Shown here: positions 1 to 9,830 of the stretch, piece by piece
How positions within the stretch are numbered: position 1 is the stretch's first letter
Layout: each line of letters opens with the position of its first letter
Origin: Candidatus Marinacidobacterales bacterium
GTDB lineage: Bacteria > Acidobacteriota > Vicinamibacteria > Marinacidobacterales > DATDRI01
Reading direction: 5' to 3'
Length of the DNA stretch: 64,000 bases
NCBI GenBank assembly: GCA_965219415.1
Contig: CBDCNP010000002.1
Span: 672,001 to 736,000 of the forward strand
Position numbers and translations under genes: made by a program
Notes under the pieces: generated by a model
Database searches by the model: none
Told to the model about the DNA's origin: nothing
The model's input: the letters and a program-made list of their open reading frames with translations, nothing else

Positions 1-481
1 GTGGGTCGGGGACACGACCGAGTTCGTGATCGGCAGCGGCGGGAAGCTTTATCTCGCGGCGCTCCTCGACCTCTACTCGCGATTCCTCGTTGGGTGGGCC
101 GTAAGTGCTATTAACGACCGTCACCTGGTTATCAAGGCGTTGCGGATGGCACTGAAACGTCGCCAACCGGCCGCGGGGCTCTTGCATCACTCCGATCAGG
201 GCAGTCCGTATGCCAGCAAAGACTACCAACGTCTCCTTGAGACGCATGGCATGACCGGGAGCATGAGCCGACGGGGCAACTGCTACGACAACGCCGTCAT
301 CGAGAGCTGGTTCTCCACGGTCAAGCACGAGCTTGGGGAGCATTTCCTCAGTTGCGGCGAGGCCAAGATGGCCCTCTTCGACTTCATCGAGGTATTCTAC
401 AACCAGAGACGACGACACTCGACCCTCGGCCAGGTCAGTCCGGCCGAGTTTGAACGACGGATGAGGACTTCGCCAGCTTAA
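1..481 (+). CDS. IS3-family transposase, integrase core (DDE) C-terminal part
   Basis: Motifs LYLAALLDLYSRFLVGW, HHSDQGSPY, SMSRRGNCYDNAVIESWFSTVK and YNQRRRHSTLG. Confidence 0.95.
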   Translation, partial: WVGDTTEFVIGSGGKLYLAALLDLYSRFLVGWAVSAINDRHLVIKALRMALKRRQPAAGLLHHSDQGSPYASKDYQRLLETHGMTGSMSRRGNCYDNAVIESWFSTVKHELGEHFLSCGEAKMALFDFIEVFYNQRRRHSTLGQVSPAEFERRMRTSPA

Positions 482-512
482 CTAAACCGTCTACGAAACC
501 GGATCAAGCCCA
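1..512 (+). mobile_element. Right part of an IS3-family insertion sequence (cut by window edge)
   Basis: The transposase ORF ends at 481 and is followed by an IS3-like right end, AAACCGTCTACGAAACCGGATCAAGCCCA, which terminates in CA at 512. An unrelated R-M fragment begins right after. Confidence 0.85.
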
Positions 513-1090
513 GGGCGGGCTCGCAGGTCGGACGCTGCTTTTCCGTCGACCCAAGGTTGGTCGAGCTTTCGCCGTCCTCGTCATAGCCTGCCCACCGATG
601 ATCGAATTGATGGATCATCTTCGCCTCGTAGAGCGGCACATAGCGAATGGCGCGAGGCCCGCCATCCGAAAGCAGCAGGATGCCACCATCGACTCCTTCA
701 GCTGCCGGCACACTCTGTGACGGATGCTGATCGGAGCAAACCCAATCGGTGCCTTCGCGCACGAACCCGGCTTCCGTCAGCTCTCGCGCCGTGCGGAACA
801 GGGCTGAGTCGGAGGTCATGTTGAACAGGCCCTGTCATGTTGAACAGGCCCTGTCGAAACTCGATCCCCCACGGGTTGCCTTCCGGCCCCTTGCCCTCCT
901 CGATCAGTATCGGGGCGTTGGCGTAGATCTTTGCGGTCAGTTCCGCATCGGCACGAGAGCGGAAGACAGGTGCTGTACGGGTGTTGGGGTTGATCGCCGT
1001 GATCTGCTGGGAGCTCAGGGTAAAGTTTCGCTCCGGTTCCGCCAGTTGCGCTGGGTCGGTCAGGAAAAAGGCAAAGTGGGCGGTGCCCTC
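513..1090 (-). pseudogene. Internal fragment of a large type IIG (Eco57I-like) restriction-modification/N6-methyltransferase gene
   Basis: Translations FAFFLTDP..FTLSSQQITAINPNTRTAPVFRSRADAELTAKIY..NPWG..FRQGLFNMT and YVPLYEAKMIHQFDHRW match, from memory, the TRD region of fused R-M proteins. It is truncated at both ends and frameshifted. The upstream boundary is approximate. Confidence 0.7.
815..852. repeat. Perfect 19-bp tandem duplication GTCATGTTGAACAGGCCCT x2
   Basis: Copies lie at 815-833 and 834-852 and cause the frameshift in the R-M fragment. Confidence 0.95.
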
Positions 1091-1094
1091 CCAC

Positions 1095-2570
1095 CGTGGC
1101 GCCACTGCCCGAATGGGTCTTTGCGGCACTGGTCCTGTGCATGGCGGTGTCTCTGTCCAACCGCTTCGGCCGCATGTACAACGAGCTGGACGAGCTGCGC
1201 CAGAGGTCTTGAAAGGAAGGTGAAAGAGCGGTCGGCAGAACTGGGGACGGCGCAGCGAAAGATCAACGCCGTTCTCGAAGGGGCCGCTCTAGGGGTGGTC
1301 GCCATTGGCGGAGACGGCCGTATCGTGCTGGTCAACACCATGGCCGAGAAGATCTTCGGCTACCGCCGGGAAGAGATGCTCGGCCAAACCGTCGAGACGT
1401 TGCTGCCGCAGCAACACCCGGAGCTGCGCCGGCCTCACCCGGCCAGCAATTTCTCCCCGCTATCCGACCGGCCGATGGGCTCCGGCCAGGACCTGGCCGG
1501 CCGCCGTAAAGACGGCACCACGTTTCCAGTGGAAATCAACTTAAGCCACGTCGCCGCGCCTTGTTCAACAGGGCGGGCTATGCCACGGAGGACGGGCTCG
1601 TCGGCCGAAAGCTCGTCGACCTCTTGGTACCCCGAAGCCCGGCCGCTCTTCGCCGCCTACCTCGATACGATTCGCACAGAAGGGCGCGCCCAGGGTCTCA
1701 TGAAAGTCATGACCAAGAGTGGAGAGACAAGGATACTCGAGTATGACAATACCTTGCGGACGGAGGCATCGGGGCAACCCCTCGTGCGGGGGGTGGCCCG
1801 CGACGTCACCGAGCGCAAGCGTGCGGAGAAAGCGCTCGAGGCGCGCTCCGCGGAGCTAGCCGTGGCGAACGAAGAGCTAGAGGCCTTCACCTACTCGGTA
1901 TCGCACGACCTACGCACTCCCCTGCGACACATCAACCTCTCTGCGCAGTTCCTTCTGGAAGATTATGGCCCCGGGCTGGGCGACGAGGTCCTAAGCGACT
2001 TGAGACAGATCCGGGAAACTGCGGTCACCGCGGGCAAGATGGTAAACGACTTGCTCGAGCTCTCGAAGCCGGGGCGGCGGAAATTGGAACGGCAACCGAC
2101 CGAGCTCGGCGCGCTGGTGGAGGAAGTTCGTCACCGCCTCCGGCCGGAGCTGAACGGCCGGCGGGTCGATTGGGTGATTGGCGACTTGCCCACGATTTAC
2201 TGTGACCCCTCCCTGATGGAACGGGTCCTCTTCAACTTGCTGTCGAATGCTATCAAGTATACGCGTCCGCGGGAGCGCCCTGTTATCCGGGTGGGTCAGA
2301 TGGTCATGAATGGCCAGCCCGTGATCTTCGTGCGGGACAACGGAGTCGGCTTCGACCCGAAACAGGCGGAAAAGCTCTTCCAGGTTGTTTCGGCGCCTTC
2401 ACCGGCCCAAGGAGTTCGAGGGCACCGGGGTGGGGCCTGGCCACCGTGAAGCGCATCATCGCCAGACACGGGGGACGGGTATGGGCGGACGCCGAACCAG
2501 GCAAGGGTGCCAGCTTCTTCTTCAACCCAGGTCCGCGGGAGGAAACGGGGGGCAGACCCAGCAAGGGTAG
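1095..2570 (+). pseudogene. 5'-truncated, frameshifted PAS-PAS sensor histidine kinase
   Basis: PAS motifs (GRIVLVNTMAEKIFGY, GRRKDGTTFPVEINLS), H-box FTYSVSHDLRTPLRHI, N-box LFNLLSNAIKY and G1 VRDNGVGFD. G2 (EFEGTGVG) is in another frame. Frameshifts lie near 1200, 1555-1630 and 2385-2440. Confidence 0.8.
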
Positions 2571-2795
2571 CCGGTGAAGCCCTCGAGCAGAGCCAGCCTA
2601 GCGCTCGCCTGCATCTTCGGCCCACTTGCGGGTCTCGCTCCCAGCAGCGCCCGAGTAGCAGCGAGCTTCTCAAGAGCGTGTTATGAGACATCGCAAAATG
2701 TCTCATGCGACACATCTTCACATCTCGGAACGCAATTAAAACGGTGGAGAACCCGATTCGCTGTCCTCGTTCGCGCCCAGGAGATTGCAGAACGC

Positions 2796-3197
2796 TCAGC
2801 CGTCCAAAGGCGCCGGCGACTCCCGCAACCCCGTGCCCAAGAGCTCCCTTACCGCGCCGATCAATTCCCTCGATCCCAAAGGTTTGGTCAGTGTACGAAA
2901 CGCGCCGATCCGCTTGGCGAGCTCGAGATAGTTCTCCGGTGGCAAACGGCCCCCACCGGAGATAGCAATGATCTTGATACCCGGGAAGTGGCGCCGGAGT
3001 TCATAGATCGTTTCTATGCCCTCTTTGGCGGGCATGAGAATGTCAGTGATAACCAAGTCTGCCGGTTCTTCGAGGCAGCGTCGAATTGCCTCGTTTCCAT
3101 TATTGGCGGTCCTGACCGCATAGCCGGCTTGTTCCAGCATACGCTTAACGATATCCAGTACCGCATCGTCATCTTCTACGACCAGAATGCCCTCCAT
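2796..3197 (-). CDS. Single-domain response regulator (CheY-like receiver)
   Basis: ILVVEDD, DLVITDILMP, IIAISGGG and LTKP receiver motifs. Confidence 0.9.
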   Translation of the reverse strand: MEGILVVEDDDAVLDIVKRMLEQAGYAVRTANNGNEAIRRCLEEPADLVITDILMPAKEGIETIYELRRHFPGIKIIAISGGGRLPPENYLELAKRIGAFRTLTKPLGSRELIGAVRELLGTGLRESPAPLDG

Positions 3198-3367
3198 AAC
3201 TTGCCTACCTTCCCGACTGATTCATGGGCTCAGCTCAGCCGATCAAAACTTTCCCGTCGCAAGCGCTCGAAGGTACATTTATCAGGATTTCCGGCGAAGT
3301 CGAAAGCAAGAACCGTACCGATGTTTCCTGTTCGACGAAGAGGGGGATTGGAAGCCAGATCTCATTC

Positions 3368-3594
3368 CTAGCTCTTGAGCGCAAGGTTCCTGTGCTTCTT
3401 GATTTCCTGGTGAGACGAGCTGCTGGGGATTCCGAGTCTCACCGCCGTACTGCCGACCCGACCCTGCTCCCCTTGGAACGTCCTTTCGATGCGTAGCCTC
3501 TCAAGCTCCCGCAGTGTGAGATTCCAACCGCCTGCCGAAAGGTCAACCTCACTCCGTCTTCGTCGTCGACGAGCAGGATCTTGTTCCGAGCCAT
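3368..3594 (-). pseudogene. Internally deleted NtrC/AtoC-type sigma54 response regulator (receiver start joined to degenerate Fis-type HTH)
   Basis: MARNKILLVDDEDGVR is followed in another frame by LTLRELERLRIERTFQGEQGRVGSTAVRLGIPSSSSHQEIKKH, which is HTH_8-like. The central AAA+ domain is absent. It lies directly downstream of the kinase. Confidence 0.7.
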
Positions 3595-4895
3595 CTCGAG
3601 ACTCCTCTCCTCACTCCGCATGAACTATCCCGAGTAGAGCGGACAGGTCACAGAGATTACAGCCCCGCCCTCGGGTCGGTTGTCCGCGGAAATCCACCCC
3701 CTATGATCTTCGATGATCCGCTGGGCGATGGATAGCCCCAGACCCGTTCCATTCCGGCGTCGCGTAAAGAACGGCTCGAAAACCCGCGGCAGATCGTCCT
3801 TGCGAAACCCCGGGCCCGAATCCTGGATGGTGCAGTGAGCCCACCTATGGCCGTTTTCACGGATCTCCTTCGCCGCCACCCTGATGATCCCTCCCTGAGG
3901 AGAATGTTCGATGGCGTTCTCCAGAACGTTTTGAAAGGCCAGGAGCAAGCGTGTTCCGTCCATCATTCCTGGCGCAAAACCTTTTTCGACGTCATTGGCG
4001 ACGTTTACCTTCATTCGCTCCGTCTGGGCGGCGCATAACTGGATTGTTTGATCGATGACGTCACCGATAGAACCCTCGGAGACCTCCCGGCTTTGCGGCC
4101 TGCCGTACTCCAAGAGCTCTTGCATGAGTTGGCTCAGCCGATCCAATTCCCTGCGTAGCACCCTGGTATATTGTTGATACTCCTCCCGATCCGGAAAACG
4201 CGCTTCGAAGGCATCCACCGTCGCTGAGATCCCAAAAAGGGGATTCCGCACGCCATGGGCGACGCCGGCCACCAGCGAACCCATCGCCGACATGACCTCG
4301 CTGCGACGCAGTGCCGCTTGCAGTTCCACCAACTTGGTGATCTCTCGCGCCACGAGTATGATTCGTTGATCCTCGCCGGGCGCGGCGCTCACGCTTGCCG
4401 CGATGTCCCAGGTTCTGCCCGTCGACTCATCTCGAGCTTGGCAGGACCTCGAGGAACCATTCTCCCGGACCAGGCTCACGAGCTCGGCCGCCGTTTGCCA
4501 GGGCTGCACCGACCCGACGCCCTCGACTGGCCCGCGTGTGATCCTTTGGTAGCTCTTTCCCAAGAGGCGCTTGGTAGCTCGATTGACCCTGGTGATTTTG
4601 CCGTCCATGTCTACGATCAACATCGCAGATTCAACTGCATCAAAGGTTCGTCGCCACTCCATGGCCGACCTCTCCATGGCCTGCCACAGACGCGCCTGTG
4701 CCGCTTCGATCTGCTTGCGCTTTGTCGTGGCGCGGATGATGGCCAATCCGCCGAGGATCTCGCCAGACTCGTCCCTTAGAGGAGTATATTGGCCTTCGTA
4801 AAATCCTTGCCGGCCTGTTTCGGTTAGGAAAAAGGGTCTATCTTTGACAAAGACGGTCTCCCCGGAGAGTGCTTTAAACATGGAACTGTCTTCCC

Positions 4896-6015
4896 GAAAG
4901 TGTGCCAATCTTAGTTGGGAATTGAAACGGCTCCAAACCCCGTGGTTTGATGGCGTTGGACAAAACAAAATCAAGCCGCGAAGAAAGGAGCCGAGATGGG
5001 AAGTCTGCTACGTTCGGTCAAGAAACGCAAGAAGTCGCGTCGTTTGGGTGAGGTCGAGATGGTGAGGCACGAGGATTACGGGGAACTCGTGCTGGACGCC
5101 AAGGTAGAGATGATCCGTTGGTTGGTCCCCCTTGGTCTAATGCACGTTCACGAGTTGCTCGACGACGAAGTGAAGGCGTTGGCGGGAGAGCGATACTCTC
5201 GCAAGGACGAGCTGGAGCGCGGTCGCCGTCCCGGAAGCAACCCGGGCACGGTAGGGCTTGGCGGCCAGCGGGTACCGATCCGTGTGCCACGGGTTCGGAG
5301 CATCGAGGGAGGAGAGATTCCGCTTCGCTGCTACGAGGCGGTGAGCCACGGCGGTGAGGTGAATGATCTTCTGCTGAAACGAGTTCTCTACGGAATCTCT
5401 TGTCGCAACTACGAGGCGGCAGCGGAAGCGATTCCGGGCGCCATCGGGCTGTCGAGCTCAACGGTGTCCCGAGGGTTCGTGCAAGCGAGCGCTGCGAAGC
5501 TGCGGGAGATGCAGGAACGGGATCTGACCGGCGAGGATGTGGTGGCGCTGTTTCTGGATGGGAAGACATTCGCCGAGGCAACGATGGTCGTGGCTCTGGG
5601 CATCACGCTTTGCGGGGAAAAACGCTTCTTGGGCTTCGTGGAGACGAACACGGAGAACGCGCAGGTGTTGACGCCGTTCCTGCGTTCACTGCTCGAGCGG
5701 GGACTCGATATCTCCCAGGGTCTGCTGGTGATCATCGACGGCGGCAAGGGTCTCCAAGCGGCAGTCAAGAAGGCATTCCGTAAGCGGGCCCTGATACAAC
5801 GCTGCCAGTGGCACAAACGTGAAAACGTAGTGAGCTACCTGTCCAAGGGCGAGCAGGCGTCATGGTGCAAGCGGCTCCAGTGGGCCTACAACAGGCCGGA
5901 GTACGAAGAGGCCCTCACTGCGCTCGAGCAACTCCACGGTGAGTTAGAAGTATCGAAGAAGAAGGTCGCTTAAACGTGAGCCGTGGAGAATTTCAACTAA
6001 GAATGGGCTTGACTC
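4896..6015 (+). mobile_element. IS256-family insertion sequence (1120 bp)
   Basis: Imperfect IRs: left GAAAGTGTGCCAATCTTAGTTG, right (rc) GAGTCAAGCCCATTCTTAGTTG. The 8-bp target duplication GTCTTCCC lies at 4888-4895 and 6016-6023. Confidence 0.92.
4996..5973 (+). CDS. IS256-family (Mutator-type) transposase, probably with an internal C-terminal deletion
   Basis: IRVPRVR, LFLDG, IIDGGKGL and QRCQWHKREN motifs. It is only 325 aa and ends abruptly, before the region that normally carries the catalytic E. Confidence 0.85.
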   Translation: MGSLLRSVKKRKKSRRLGEVEMVRHEDYGELVLDAKVEMIRWLVPLGLMHVHELLDDEVKALAGERYSRKDELERGRRPGSNPGTVGLGGQRVPIRVPRVRSIEGGEIPLRCYEAVSHGGEVNDLLLKRVLYGISCRNYEAAAEAIPGAIGLSSSTVSRGFVQASAAKLREMQERDLTGEDVVALFLDGKTFAEATMVVALGITLCGEKRFLGFVETNTENAQVLTPFLRSLLERGLDISQGLLVIIDGGKGLQAAVKKAFRKRALIQRCQWHKRENVVSYLSKGEQASWCKRLQWAYNRPEYEEALTALEQLHGELEVSKKKVA

Positions 6016-7370
6016 GTCTTCCCCGGTCTCCTTCAGAAGTGGGAGTACATCGAAGGCACATTTACCGAGCACTTGTCCTGCCCGCACGCCGGAGATTCGC
6101 TCCATTGCCGGGTTCCAGAGCGTGTAGTGACACTTTCGATCGAAGGCCAGAATACCGTCGACGCTGCTATTAATGAGTCGTTGAGAGAATTCCTTTTCGC
6201 GCCGGAGCTCGTTCGCGGCTCTTACGCGCTCGGTGATGTCTTCAATCATGCTCAGACTATAGAGAATTTCCCCCGCCCCGTCTTTGATTAGCGAAGCGGT
6301 GACCCGCGCCCATAGGATCTGCTTTTCCTTCGTAAAATAACGCTTTTCCCTCTGGTAGCTTGAAATCTCGCCACGAGACAACTTGCGGGCGTCTTCCGTA
6401 TCGAAATCGAAGTCCTCTGGATGCGTGACGTCGATGAGACTGAGCCGAGTCAGCTCATCCTCGGAGTAGCCTAGCATCTGGCAAAACGCCTTATTCACTT
6501 TGAAGTAGCGGAAATCCCGATCGACCAGTGCCATGCCCACCGGCCCGTCCTCGAAGACTTTACGCAGTTGCTCTTGGCTCTCCCGGAGCGCCTCCTCTTC
6601 CGCGCGGTCTTCCTCCCACCTGTGTTTCGCATTTTCCTCATCGCGTCTTGTTACCAAGTAACGAAAACCAACGCCAACAAGAATCAGTCCGGCTATGCCT
6701 AGGAGTCCGGGAAGCATTGCATTCCAAAGTCTTGGCTCAAGAGTAAACTCTTCCAACAACTCGATGAGCAGCGAATTCAGGAGTAGTACCCACCCTACTT
6801 TCAGCACTCCTACCTGGAACCTGGAGACGAAGAAGTACCCGATGGCGATGGCCAATAGATAAGACGCTTCCATCGCTATGTTCGGCGAGTCGAACGGCCC
6901 TTTTATGGGGAACGCGTAGAACCAAGCGATGATGGTTACCACGCTGGGGAGTAACAGGGCATGTTGACGCATGGCGATCAGTCCACGACGAAGTCTCATT
7001 CCGACACACGTCGTCCACACGATAAGTGACCTCCGAGCTCCCGGGGACTTCGACACTGGACGGTCTCCAACCGGCCCGGGCGGCTTTCGCAAATCTCACC
7101 CTAGATAGTCAGCGTTTCGGGAGGAACCCTTTTTCAAACCGAATGAAACGCGCCGCAGCCGCAACCCCCGGTAGCAGAGATTACTCACCCCTGCTTGGAG
7201 CGCCTTTCCAGGATTCCCCCAATTTTTTGTGTTTCGAAAAGGATAACTGGTGTCATTCCTATGTCAACCGAGTTCGGGTAATGTCACCCTGGTTCCGGTA
7301 TGAAAGTAGCCGATCTTCCGTTCGATGTCCGGTTCACAGCCCCTAGACACCGAAAATAAGGCCCCCGAAC

Positions 7371-7534
7371 AAGGATGAAGCGGAGATCCCAGAGCGCCGG
7401 CGGACTCCATCTGGGCGCTGCCGGGGCAGATCATCCAGAGCCTCTGCGGCGCCGAGCCCAGAAATCCCGTGTTCATGTTGGACGAGATCAGCACGGACAA
7501 TCCCAGGGCACTTTCGGCCTCTGGGTCCTGGACC
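7371..7534 (+). pseudogene. Degenerate relic of a Lon protease AAA+ segment
   Basis: With one frameshift it reads KDEAEIPERRRT..GALPGQIIQSLCGAEPRNPVFMLDEI, matching the Lon signature RDEAEIRGHRRTYIGALPG.IIQ......NPVFMLDEIDK. Confidence 0.75.
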
Positions 7535-7912
7535 TCACACCGCTTGCTGGCCGATTTGGGTAGCGAGCTGGCAAAACTTCTGGATGTAGGTTCAGAGTTT
7601 TTGCTTCCCTTCATCAGAAACATCGAGGAACCGCAAGCCCATGCCTGTCGGTAAGCGCTCCGCCTTCGACCCGACCTTGTCGGTGCGCCAAACGACTTCC
7701 GCCTCCGCCGTCACCTCACCCAAATCCCACGGCATATCCAATATCAAACCGAACGATTCGCCGGCCTCGGTAAGCTCCTCGGTTGCCAGAAAAGCCCCGG
7801 TCTCACTGAGATTCGTGACGTAGCCTTCGAGGAGCTTCTCCCCGAGTTGAAATTTGGCTCGAATGATCAGCGGGCTGACGCGACGACTGATTCGTGTTTC
7901 ATCCATTGGCAC
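7535..7912 (-). CDS. PilZ-domain protein (in-frame TGA at 7592-7594; frame continues to 7535)
   Basis: RISRR, NLSETGAFL and GMGLRF PilZ motifs. Past the TGA the frame continues TYIQKFCQLATQIGQQAV*. Confidence 0.8.
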
Positions 7913-7932
7913 ACCCCCATCTTCCGTCCGTT

Positions 7933-9581
7933 CTATGCAGATAGCGTCGACTCGAAATCACGGAGCTTGCGATGTAAGAAAACGTTCTCCAAGGCCATCC
8001 CTGCTTGCGCCAGGAAGAGCTCGACTCCCTTGAGTTTTCCGAAAGGCTTTCCGGAGACCGGGTTGTCGCCGTAGAGGATAGTCAAGACCTCCCGGTTGTT
8101 GAGCATGGGTAGCAATGCGATCTCTTGCGCGCGGCCCCGGTCAATGACCGAGTAGAGAGAATCTTGTAGACCGTCCACGTCTGGTCCTATCCGCAGCGTT
8201 TTGCGAGTCTGCACAACCTGTGCTAAGCACTGGACCTTTTCCAAGTCCATGACGATTCGCTTGGCCACCTCGATGTTGGCACCGCCACCTCGAGTGAGCC
8301 CGAACCCTGCCATGCCAGTGGCTTCGCGTTTCTGAATCATGAACAAGATGCCCCTCTCGAAATACTTGGATGCTACCTGAAGGACCATGCGAGACACGTC
8401 CAAAGAGCGTCCCGGGTTGACGAGCTGTTCGGACATGGAAGTGAGAAAGTCCAGCAACAAGGAGTCGTCGCCACGTTCGATGTCTGCGGCCTCCTTCGCC
8501 GGGCCCGATGGGTTGATCGTCAGATCGGTGAGGTGGCGCATGAGGAGAACCGAGAACGCTTTCAGAAGGCTCGGTACTCATCCTGATCGAGTTTGGAGAT
8601 CGTCGGTTTGAACGCGACTTTGTGGATTCCCAACTCCCTCGCTCTTTCCCGGGCCTTATCCGGGAGTCGATCCGTCATCAGAAGAATGGGCAATTCCAAT
8701 CTGCTGTTTCTCAGCCTCCGCACCAGCTCGAAGCCACCGTAGAAGCTCTTGCCACTTGGGCTCGGCATGCGGAGATCGGAGGCAAGCACGACCCGGTCGC
8801 CGGCAGTCAGGAGCCTGCGAACCAACGCCTCTCCCTCGTCCGGATTGGAGGCGGTTTCGACGCGCAAGCGCCGCGCCCGGAGCTCCTCACCTACTATGTC
8901 GGTAACCTCGGTTTCATCGTCGACCAGGACGACGACCATCTCAGACTGCGTTTCGGAAGGTGCACCGGGCGGTTGGACACCGTCCGCCGGATCTGCCGGT
9001 GGGACGGGCGGAGGCGATTGGATCGGCTGAGCCGACTGAGCCTGCCGAGCGATCTCCGCGGGAACGGGAACAGGCTCCGGCGTAGTCTGTGAAGTCGGCC
9101 GCTTTTCGGCTGGCGGTCGTGGGTCGGTGCCAACGAACATGGCCGTATCTTCACGTTCCTCGTCCATTTCCTTGGCGGTATCCAGCAACAGGTGCTGCGG
9201 ATCGAAGCCGTTGTGGTCCAGAAATGGCGCGACGTCTACCCCACCTAGCTCGGCGGTGAGATCATCGGTGAGTCGAAACAAAAAGTCTCCCTCTCGCATC
9301 GTGGTCAGCTCGCGAAACGTGACCTCGATATGCTGCCGGAGCAAGGCCGAGCGGTCTCCGGTGTGATCTCCGGCGGCGAGCTGTCGTAGGTAGCTCAGGG
9401 TGGATCATGAATAAGCACAGAGAACCAGCCCATTCTTGAAGAGGATCGCGCCCCGACCCAAGGGACCCTCGACACTCAAATAACCCGTCTTTTTCGAGAA
9501 GGCGACGATTTGGAGGATATCGAGAAGGGGGAGATCTTCTAGTCTCCCCTTGAGACCCTCGCTTCCGTGGTCCTCGGTCAA
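7933..9581 (-). pseudogene. DUF4388 (PATAN-like) - Pro-rich linker - receiver - GAF-like protein, broken by one in-frame TGA and one frameshift
   Basis: DUF4388 start LKGRLEDLPLLDILQIV after an AGGAG RBS and TTG at 9581. The TGA at 9405-9407 is in frame with ORF 8562-9344 (receiver VVLVDDE..SDLRMP). A 1-nt deletion near 8563 separates it from ORF 7933-8541 (ERGILF..ILYGDN). Confidence 0.75.
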
Positions 9582-9830
9582 TGTCGTCGCGGCTCCTGGT
9601 CGACGAGCCCCACGCCCAAACCGAACGGGGGTAGCGGGGTCGGCATTAGGCGGACTAAGGCCGGCTGGGGAGGGGTGGCCATGCCGGCCGATCAAGCAAT
9701 GCGTGTGCCAGAGGCGGGATCCGCTCGGAGCGCCGATCTACCTGGACCACAGGCGTTTACGCGAGAGGCCTGCATTAGAAGATGGGGAAAGCTGTAGAGT
9801 TTTCCCGGCACTCGCGGGGTATTACCCTCG

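Larger units (their letters stand above)
3625..6972 (-). pseudogene. Membrane-bound multi-PAS sensor histidine kinase interrupted by IS256
   Basis: ORFs 5944-7092 (TM helices, PAS) and 3625-4974 (PAS, HisKA, HATPase) rejoin in frame as LKETGEDSSMFKALSGE when 4896-6015 and one TSD copy are removed. Confidence 0.9.

Noticed and set aside
749-1200. N-terminal 150 aa of the 566-aa ORF as real protein
   Set aside because: It is mostly antisense read-through of the R-M fragment; kinase-like sequence only begins near 1100-1200.
2574-3371. 265-aa plus-strand ORF
   Set aside because: Antisense shadow of the receiver-domain gene with no motifs. The same applies to most long overlapping ORFs opposite dnaJ, lutB/C, nrdJ and nfeD in this GC-rich DNA.
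7592-9407. Genome-wide UGA reassignment (code 4/25)
   Set aside because: Many intact genes end in TGA, prfB (RF2) is intact with its UGA-sensing frameshift, and Trp is encoded by TGG throughout.
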